Made by a program: the position numbers and the translations under genes
Notes under the pieces: model-generated
The model's database searches: none
The model's input: only the letters and a program-made list of their open reading frames with translations
Told to the model about the DNA's origin: nothing
In this document: piece by piece, positions 26,637 to 30,763 of the stretch
How the letters are laid out: every line of letters begins with the position of its first letter
How positions within the stretch are numbered: the stretch's first letter is position 1
Source: a virus
Lineage: Duplodnaviria > Caudoviricetes
DNA length: 30,763 nt
IMG/VR virus record: IMGVR_UViG_3300032218_000499
Span: 1-30,763 of that record
Direction: 5' to 3' (one strand)

Positions 26637-26939
26637 TTACTTCTTTTTACGTTCGCGCTTGCTAACTTCTGATACTAGGTTGCCTTTCGCATCACGCTTA
26701 AACGAGCGGTTGCTGTTTGAATCTTCAACTTTGATACCGTCTTTGATTGAGCCGCCTTTATCAACAGCCTTCACATGCGCGGCATCCTTGCCATCACCCT
26801 TGTGCAGCTTACCTGCCTTGACTAGCGTGGTGCGTGCTTTGTTGCGCTCATCACGTGCTTTGATCTGTTCGGGCTTGCCGTGGTACAGCGCATACTCACG
26901 TGCATAGTTACGGTCTTCTTTGTTCTTGTATGGCATCAC
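26637..26939 (-). CDS. Small basic HNH-endonuclease-like protein
   Basis: GDGKDAAHVKAVDKGGS...NSNRS matches a degenerate HNH pattern. Confidence 0.65.
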   Translation of the reverse strand: MMPYKNKEDRNYAREYALYHGKPEQIKARDERNKARTTLVKAGKLHKGDGKDAAHVKAVDKGGSIKDGIKVEDSNSNRSFKRDAKGNLVSEVSKRERKKK

Positions 26940-27613
26940 GTTCTCCGTGGTTCATAATGTTCGCAACTCGTTACAGGACACCACCCACGGCACAAACCCG
27001 ATGGGCTTGCGTTCCATACACCATGCTTGTATGCACCCTCAAGGCGTTGTACCTCTGGCAACCAATCCATCCACATAGTCGGTGCATCGTCTGCTGCGTA
27101 GTTCGTGGGTACTAACTTATCTTCTTGGCAGAACAGTAGCCCCGCTTTGACTGACTTCACGTGCGGGTAGAGCTTAAACACAGCTAAGGACATCAAGTGC
27201 AACTGACTGCTATCGGCGTTCTTTGATTTGCCAAACTTGTAGTCAATCATACGTGCTGTGCCTTTCTCGTGGTTGATAATCAGCAGGTCAACCGCACCGC
27301 GCAACCACACATCCTTGGCAAAGAACCCTGTCGGCTCCATCGCCGCAGTCAACCCGAACTTCAACTCACACAACTTCTCGCCCTCAATAGCTTTCAGGCG
27401 GTCAAGCTGCTCTTGCATGTACTTATATTGCGCGGGTATTTTCACATTTTCTTTGATATACAACTCAGCAGCTTTGTGCGCCGCAATGCCGTACAGCATA
27501 ATCTGCGAGGGTAATTCTTTTACGTCCTTAACAACTTTCAGGTGGTAGTACTTTTTGGGGCACGACTGAAAAGTTTTAAGCGCAGAATACGACCATGTTA
27601 CTGCTTTGTCCAT
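26936..27613 (-). CDS. PD-(D/E)XK exonuclease (Cas4/RecB-like)
   Basis: WSYSAL..F.SCPKKYY, G...H, LRGAVDL, IDYKFGK, QL, and C-terminal C..WC....C. Confidence 0.88.
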   Translation of the reverse strand: MDKAVTWSYSALKTFQSCPKKYYHLKVVKDVKELPSQIMLYGIAAHKAAELYIKENVKIPAQYKYMQEQLDRLKAIEGEKLCELKFGLTAAMEPTGFFAKDVWLRGAVDLLIINHEKGTARMIDYKFGKSKNADSSQLHLMSLAVFKLYPHVKSVKAGLLFCQEDKLVPTNYAADDAPTMWMDWLPEVQRLEGAYKHGVWNASPSGLCRGWCPVTSCEHYEPRRT

Positions 27614-27614
27614 A

Positions 27615-29492
27615 TCAACATTCCGCTAGGGTTTTGCCGGATTTAACTGTGGCATTTAAGGGTATATCTGACATCCACTTTGGTGCTTTACACATTTCAG
27701 TATACACAAAGGCTTTCGCAGCTTCAACATCATTATCAAGCGCAAGCACGTAGTCCGCATCGTGTATGGTGAGCAATGTAGGGTAACGCCTGTCAATGCG
27801 AATCATGCTCTCACCGATGACGCAACGTGCAAGGGACTGCACCACGCCCTGAAAGAATTTAGCCCCATAAATAAACTCGCGCCCCTTGCGGGTGGTGTAC
27901 ACCCAATGCGTCTTACCCTCTTCGGTAACGCGACACAGCTTGGGGTAGCGCAAGATAAGCTCAGAGGGCAGCAACACACCGCCCGCGCCCAAGACCTGCA
28001 CAAGCCCGTGCCTGCCATACGGCATCTGTCTATTTTGTTGCACTGCGGTAAGCGCACGCTCGCCATGATCCCATGCGGCCTTCACATGGGCGTACTCTTG
28101 GCGGTACAGGTCTACGATACGTTGACTCTCGGCTTCCCCGATGTCTACCTTTGAGCCAGACTTGATCGCGGCACGCAGCTTCTTAGCCCCGACCCCGTAA
28201 ATTAAGGATAGTTGCGAGGTCTTGCCGATAAACCGTTGGTCGTCTGTCACCTCGTCGTATGGCACACCAAACACGGTTGAGGCAAAGTCCTTGTACAGGT
28301 CACGCCCATCGCCCAAGGCACGCAGCTTATCCATCTGCCCGGCTAACCACAGCCCCACACGTAGCTCAATGTTGGATAAGTCAGCCCCCACGATGGTGTA
28401 GCCCTCCGGCGCACAAATGGCTTGCTTGATCTTGGACTTGCGCGGCAGGTTCTGCAAGTTCACGCTGTCAGCACCCGACCATCGGTAGGTTCTCGCACCT
28501 GCATAGCGCAGGGGTATAGCCAGTCTGCCGCGCTTGCCCATGCCGATGAACCGCTCAGTGCGGGTCTCCTCTAGGGTTGATTTAAGCCCAAGCCTTGCTG
28601 CACACACCGTCTGCACCCGCTCGTCATCGTGCTCAAGCAGCGCACGGAACCCCTCATCGGTCTTGGCAAAGGCAAAGGTAGACTTGCCTGTGGTGGGGCT
28701 GATCTTGGTCGGTGCATCCACACCTAGCCCCTCTAGCATGGCGGCAAACTGCGCACTGGAGCGTAGGGCTTTCTGCACCTGCTCGTGGTCTGTGCCTTCT
28801 ACAATGGCAACCGCTGCCAGATCGTCACGCCCGACCGCTGCAAGGGTGTTAATCAGGTGCATACGCTTAGCCTCTTTGACCTCGACCAAGTGGGCGTTGA
28901 GCATGTCGGTATCAAGCTCAAGCAGGGGGCGGGTAAACATCCTGATGGTCATGTCGATGAGCTTGAGTTCAGGCTTCGGAAACCCATCATCCATCATGCG
29001 GTGAAAGAGCGCGTGGGTGAGGTCTACATCGTTGATGCAGTAGTTACCGTAGGCGGCAAACTCAGCAGGGGTGAAGTCCTCGGCGTGCTTGCCCTTAGCG
29101 TCGTTAACCTCTGTACCCTTAGCGCCCACCGCATAGTGCAACGCCATGTTTGCAAGAGACACGCTTGCATCAACACCCAAGGCAGCACGCCCCATGCTCT
29201 GAGTGTCCATAATAATCTTGGGGTGAATGTTGTACCTGAACGCCAGTATGCCCGCATCAAACGCGGCGTTGTGCGCCACAAGCGCAGTGCGCTTCCAATC
29301 AATCGCATCAAGCGCAGCGATCACATCAACCTCATCGCGCCCTGAGACCCACACGGTTGGCTCGTCGTTGCGCTTGTACGCAAAGCCAATCGTTTCAAAC
29401 TGAATGTCGTGGATGTACCCTTCCGTAGTCAGCTTTGATAGGCTGTACTGTTGGTCGTAATACGTTTCAAAGTCGAGCACAACTATGTCCAT
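27615..29492 (-). CDS. polA: DNA polymerase family A with 3'-5' exonuclease domain
   Basis: Exonuclease motifs LDFETY, AHNAAFD and YCINDV; motif A DLSNIELR; motif B RFIGKTSQLSLIYG; motif C TIHD. Confidence 0.92.
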   Translation of the reverse strand: MDIVVLDFETYYDQQYSLSKLTTEGYIHDIQFETIGFAYKRNDEPTVWVSGRDEVDVIAALDAIDWKRTALVAHNAAFDAGILAFRYNIHPKIIMDTQSMGRAALGVDASVSLANMALHYAVGAKGTEVNDAKGKHAEDFTPAEFAAYGNYCINDVDLTHALFHRMMDDGFPKPELKLIDMTIRMFTRPLLELDTDMLNAHLVEVKEAKRMHLINTLAAVGRDDLAAVAIVEGTDHEQVQKALRSSAQFAAMLEGLGVDAPTKISPTTGKSTFAFAKTDEGFRALLEHDDERVQTVCAARLGLKSTLEETRTERFIGMGKRGRLAIPLRYAGARTYRWSGADSVNLQNLPRKSKIKQAICAPEGYTIVGADLSNIELRVGLWLAGQMDKLRALGDGRDLYKDFASTVFGVPYDEVTDDQRFIGKTSQLSLIYGVGAKKLRAAIKSGSKVDIGEAESQRIVDLYRQEYAHVKAAWDHGERALTAVQQNRQMPYGRHGLVQVLGAGGVLLPSELILRYPKLCRVTEEGKTHWVYTTRKGREFIYGAKFFQGVVQSLARCVIGESMIRIDRRYPTLLTIHDADYVLALDNDVEAAKAFVYTEMCKAPKWMSDIPLNATVKSGKTLAEC

Positions 29493-29767
29493 ATAAATTC
29501 CACATCCATGATGTTGGTCTCGTTGATGATTAAGGTGATACCGCCCGCCTGCTTGATCTTGTGCAATTCAAGGTCTTGCAATGATGTGGTCGTGTTCTTG
29601 CCCGCCTTGCATTCGATTGCAAAGAACTTACCATCGCAGCACCCCACGATGTCAGGCACACCAGAGCGACCATACCCACCTGTGGCGGGCATGAAGTAGT
29701 ACACACTGGCGGCATCTAGCATGCGCCTGACCTTCGCCTTAACTTTCGATTCAGGCGTTAAGGCCAC
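29483..29767 (-). CDS. VRR-NUC domain nuclease (resolvase-like)
   Basis: TPESKVK, GYGRSGVPDI, FAIECKA, LQ and AGG motifs. Start reassigned to GTG 29767 after AAGGGG. Confidence 0.85.
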   Translation of the reverse strand: MALTPESKVKAKVRRMLDAASVYYFMPATGGYGRSGVPDIVGCCDGKFFAIECKAGKNTTTSLQDLELHKIKQAGGITLIINETNIMDVEFIWT

Positions 29768-29900
29768 GTGCTTCCCCTTGGCGTAGTTTGTATAGTGCAT
29801 CCCACAGGCGATTGGCAAGCTCTTGCTGTAGGTCTTTTGAGGGCGGGTCGTTGTCAGCGGCGTGGATAAGTTCTTTGTCCGTTAGTGTTCTGTAGATCAT
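29751..29900 (-). CDS. Hypothetical 49-aa protein (absent from the ORF track)
   Basis: AAGGA SD and ATGA overlap with the upstream gene; MIYRTLTDKELIHAADNDPPSKDLQQELANRLWDALYKLRQGEARGLNA fills the gap exactly. Confidence 0.65.
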   Translation of the reverse strand: MIYRTLTDKELIHAADNDPPSKDLQQELANRLWDALYKLRQGEARGLNA

Positions 29901-30097
29901 GGTTGTTCCTTAGTTTTACGTGGTTTTTTAACTGCTGCAATACCGACTTCGGGTGCGTTGTCTGCGTACTTAGCATCAAGCATTGCGTCTGCTATAGCGT
30001 AACAATTTTTGGCATGGTCATCTAAGTTAGGTGGTATCCATGCTTTAGAGATCATAGCAAACGCCGCAAACAAGTCCCGCAGGTCTTCATCATTCAT
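29897..30097 (-). CDS. Hypothetical phage protein
   Basis: LRDLFAAFAM...CYAIADAML motif, common among small phage proteins. Confidence 0.75.
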   Translation of the reverse strand: MNDEDLRDLFAAFAMISKAWIPPNLDDHAKNCYAIADAMLDAKYADNAPEVGIAAVKKPRKTKEQP

Positions 30098-30353
30098 TTT
30101 GTTTTAACCCCTCTACAGCTTTGGCAAGGGCTTGTATGGCGTATGCAATATCTTGTAATGGGTTACTTAATGAATCCGTGCTTTGCGCTATGGATTCCAA
30201 CCCAGAATACAGCGCCCCCGCTACCTCTTTTAAACCTTCTTTGTTTAGCATTGCATGACCTTCTATTGCGCCCATGCCGTTAGTACTAGCATTGCCGTTA
30301 CCCATATGCTGTGCGGCTTCTATGATTGCTTGTGCTATGACGTTATCTTTCAT
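30090..30353 (-). CDS. Hypothetical phage protein
   Basis: Start reassigned to ATG 30353 (GGAG SD, ATGA overlap); GNGNASTNGMGAIE followed by amphipathic helices. Confidence 0.65.
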   Translation of the reverse strand: MKDNVIAQAIIEAAQHMGNGNASTNGMGAIEGHAMLNKEGLKEVAGALYSGLESIAQSTDSLSNPLQDIAYAIQALAKAVEGLKQNE

Positions 30354-30634
30354 TTTGATTTCTCCGTGACTTCGATTAACTTCTGTAGGTAGTGTTGCGC
30401 CTTCTTCAGGTCTTCGATACCACCCTTGTCTTTCCAACGGGACACGTACTTTACAACATTACCTTCAAGATAGCCAAGGTTGTTTGCAATGATGTAGTCC
30501 CACGGCTGTATAGCTTTGACTGCGTAGTGTGCGCCGCCTACCTGTTGTTCGTTAGCAGGTGTCACAATTCCTTCGCGTATTTTGTAGTTCTCTACAAGCT
30601 GCCCAATGTGCTTGCCTAGTTCTTCGTTTTTCAT
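30350..30634 (-). CDS. DUF3310 (SaV-like) protein
   Basis: QVGGAHY, IQPWDYI and LEGNVVKYVSRWKDKGGIEDLKKAQHYL motifs. Confidence 0.88.
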   Translation of the reverse strand: MKNEELGKHIGQLVENYKIREGIVTPANEQQVGGAHYAVKAIQPWDYIIANNLGYLEGNVVKYVSRWKDKGGIEDLKKAQHYLQKLIEVTEKSK

Positions 30635-30762
30635 ATCGGGTTCCTTAATAACAATTCTATTTGTTCGGCATAAATATATAGCTTATTGACCACATCACTC
30701 GGACTGTCGGGTGCGCGGTATACCGGAACGCAAGCGTGTCGCCCAAGTTTTCGATGGACATC
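30631..30762 (-). CDS. 3' end of a hypothetical protein, truncated by the window
   Basis: The frame is open from the window edge to a TGA that overlaps the DUF3310 ATG (ATGA). Confidence 0.45.
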   Translation of the reverse strand, partial: DVHRKLGRHACVPVYRAPDSPSDVVNKLYIYAEQIELLLRNPI

Positions 30763-30763
30763 A

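Noticed and set aside
26637-26939. Intron-encoded homing endonuclease
   Set aside because: The flanking genes are intact and uninterrupted, and no group I/II intron core was recognised.
26936-27613. Cas4 as evidence of a CRISPR system
   Set aside because: There are no other cas genes and no array; stand-alone Cas4-like nucleases are routine in phage replication modules.
1-30763. Stop-codon reassignment
   Set aside because: Genes are long and tightly packed under the standard code, and TAA, TGA and TAG all serve as stops.

Overview
A 30.8 kb fragment of a tailed dsDNA phage (or prophage) genome with podovirus-like organisation, in two convergent arms. The + strand arm (1-19758) encodes a Gly-rich tail fibre end, a lysis cassette (three small membrane/holin-like proteins and a GH108 endolysin), a secreted Cys-rich protein, a tail nozzle/DNA-stabilisation protein, and five putative internal-virion/ejection proteins. 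Two of these are giant polyvalent proteins: 1924 aa (DUF4214-like repeats, Gly/Ala region, (KPEI)27 linker, pre-toxin-like helices, ADP-ribosyltransferase-like tip) and 2044 aa (HExxH metallopeptidase and LPD38-like C-terminus). The - strand arm (19833-30763) is a replication module: DUF3310, VRR-NUC, family A DNA polymerase, PD-(D/E)XK nuclease, HNH-like protein, SNF2-type helicase, excisionase-like HTH, SSB-like protein, XRE HTH and primase-helicase. The most notable observations are: (1) a ~64-nt candidate small RNA at the arm junction, bounded by its own sigma70-type promoter and terminator and complementary in register to the SD+AUG regions of three genes of the replication operon; (2) a toxin-like ART cassette bracketed by a recurring AxGG motif that is shared among the ejection proteins; (3) two highly structured intergenic RNA candidates. 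All family assignments come from motif recognition by eye; no database searches or folding computations were run.
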